A DNA stretch of 64,000 nucleotides from Candidatus Multivorans sp. (GTDB taxonomy: Bacteria > Acidobacteriota > Thermoanaerobaculia > Multivoradales > Multivoraceae), in assembly GCA_965247095.1 (NCBI GenBank), contig OZ251997.1, forward strand, positions 736,001 to 800,000, in the 5' to 3' direction. Every line of letters starts with the position of its first letter. Position 1 is the first letter of the stretch. A program made the translations under genes and the position numbers. The notes beneath the pieces were generated by a model that had not been told where the DNA came from, searched no databases, and saw only the letters and a list, made by a program, of their open reading frames with translations. This document shows, one piece after another, positions 62,666 to 64,000 of this stretch.

Positions 62666-63151
62666 TCAGTAGCCGAGTTCGGCGTCCAGGGTCACGGACG
62701 GCGTTCCGCCCAGGCTCTGCAGCCAAGCGATCACGGCCTTGATTTCGTCATCGGAGAGATTGATCGGCGGCTCATTCATCGGCTGCATCCCGTCCTCGTA
62801 TCCGGGAACGACGAACTTCCCCGGTTCGTAGAGAGACTGCGCCAGATACTCGACATCGGACAGCCCCTCGATTCGCGTCGCCGCGCGCTGTCCGATACCA
62901 CCCAGATCCGGATAGCGGCTTGGTCCGCTGGAACCGATCTGGTGGCAGGCGGCGAGGCATTGACCCTTGCCGTTGGCCAGCTCGTTGCCGACCTCGATGA
63001 GATCCTCGGTCGTCATGTCGGCGTCGATCAGCACCGGCGGCGGAGGGTGTACTTCCTTCTGGGGCACGATCTGGCCCAGGTACATGTAGAAGGCCGTGGT
63101 GCCCAACACCAGGAGGACCATCTTGAGCGGCATCGGGACGTTCAGCTTCAT
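62666..63151 (-). CDS. Membrane-anchored cytochrome c with CxxxCH motif
   Basis: TM, VPQ....PP, GKGQCLAACH, R.PDL, EYL..SL..P..FVV.GY...M, EI.AVIA.LQS.GG. Confidence 0.85.
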   Translation of the reverse strand: MKLNVPMPLKMVLLVLGTTAFYMYLGQIVPQKEVHPPPPVLIDADMTTEDLIEVGNELANGKGQCLAACHQIGSSGPSRYPDLGGIGQRAATRIEGLSDVEYLAQSLYEPGKFVVPGYEDGMQPMNEPPINLSDDEIKAVIAWLQSLGGTPSVTLDAELGY

Positions 63152-64000
63152 GCCGTCCGCCCCTCCTTGAGCCGGCCGTCGGCTTCAGTGGCGGTCTTCG
63201 GCTGCCAGGGCTTCTTGCCGGCGAGGCTGCTGAGCCAGAAGACGACGCCGAGCAGGCCGAAGAAGATGAGAACGGTGACGGAGACAACCCGGGTGGCGAA
63301 GCCCAGGCTCGGAGTGTATGCCTCCGGAGAGGTGTCGAGGACCACGCCGTACACGTGCCACTCCTGTCGCAGGCCGGAGCGGACGTAGCCCATCAGGCCC
63401 ATCAGCCAGGTGAAGCTCAGCGCGATGAAGATCAGCGCGTACTGCGAGATCGCGGGCATCTTGCCCCATTGCGTCTCGCCGGGCCGCCTGGCGTTCCGGT
63501 ACAGAGGCAGGTCGATGATGGTGATCACGGCCATCGCCGCGAGCACCGAGTAGACCTGGGGTATTGCGAATCGGACTCGCATCGCGGCGTCGACGGTCTG
63601 GTGGTAGCCGTAGACGCCGAAGAAGATGACCAGCGCGGCGGTAGCGGCGAAGACCACCACCTGGGCGCGGCTCAGGAGCTGCCTCCGCGGGTGAATCGAC
63701 TGCTTGCCGGTTCGCCGGTAGAGCAGGAAGCTCATGTAGGTCGACAGGATGAGGATGTTGACCGCCGTGTTCTTGGCCGACATCTGACCCAGATAGGAGA
63801 GCTGCGGGTGGCTGCTGCCGCCCATCGCGGCGATCTCGGAAACGGACGAGATCGCATAGCGAGGCGTTGCCCAGACGGCGAAACAGAGGGCGATCGCGAT
63901 CAGCAGCCACTTGATGAACTTCTGAAAGTGGGCTGTGCCCTCGATCCGACCCATCCCCAGCCACAGGTAGTAGTTCGCGCCCAGGAACAGGTTGCCGATC
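63148..64000 (-). CDS. Cytochrome bd-like oxidase subunit I-related membrane protein (3' part; runs off the window end)
   Basis: Frame stays open to 64000 (IGNLFLGANYYLWLGM...), G.MSAKNTAVN, WLMGLMGYVRSGLRQEWHVYG resembling the CydA C-terminal GRQPW region. Confidence 0.7.
   Translation of the reverse strand, partial: IGNLFLGANYYLWLGMGRIEGTAHFQKFIKWLLIAIALCFAVWATPRYAISSVSEIAAMGGSSHPQLSYLGQMSAKNTAVNILILSTYMSFLLYRRTGKQSIHPRRQLLSRAQVVVFAATAALVIFFGVYGYHQTVDAAMRVRFAIPQVYSVLAAMAVITIIDLPLYRNARRPGETQWGKMPAISQYALIFIALSFTWLMGLMGYVRSGLRQEWHVYGVVLDTSPEAYTPSLGFATRVVSVTVLIFFGLLGVVFWLSSLAGKKPWQPKTATEADGRLKEGRTA

Overview
High-GC bacterial chromosomal segment with gene content typical of Acidobacteriota (Oar-like TonB receptor, TolB-amidohydrolase, DUF5916); the taxonomy is inferred, not proven. 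From left to right it holds: SAM-I riboswitch-controlled metB; a TonB receptor; a MoxR/DUF58/Bat (vWA-TPR) operon; four toxin-antitoxin pairs; a DDE transposase; and the first half of an alpha-aminoadipate-type lysine pathway preceded by a Lys-codon leader peptide and terminator. It continues with housekeeping and redox genes (rpmB, glyA, cyanobacterial-type gshA, metG), including a hidden UGA-recoded (UxxC) peroxiredoxin-like selenoprotein with a SECIS-like hairpin. At the right end is a minus-strand cluster: cytochrome bd-like subunit, three c-type cytochromes (one fused to a DOMON-like heme domain), a multidomain USP protein, an Mrp/ApbC ATPase, a small Cys-rich protein, a radical SAM/SPASM enzyme and an FGE-like protein. 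Three of these proteins share five copies of a PCP_red-like (BchB/ChlB C-terminal) domain, which suggests a dedicated, poorly described maturation system for an unusual respiratory complex. Short palindromic repeats of several families are inserted in-frame in coding sequences. All calls come from motif recognition by eye; no database search was run.
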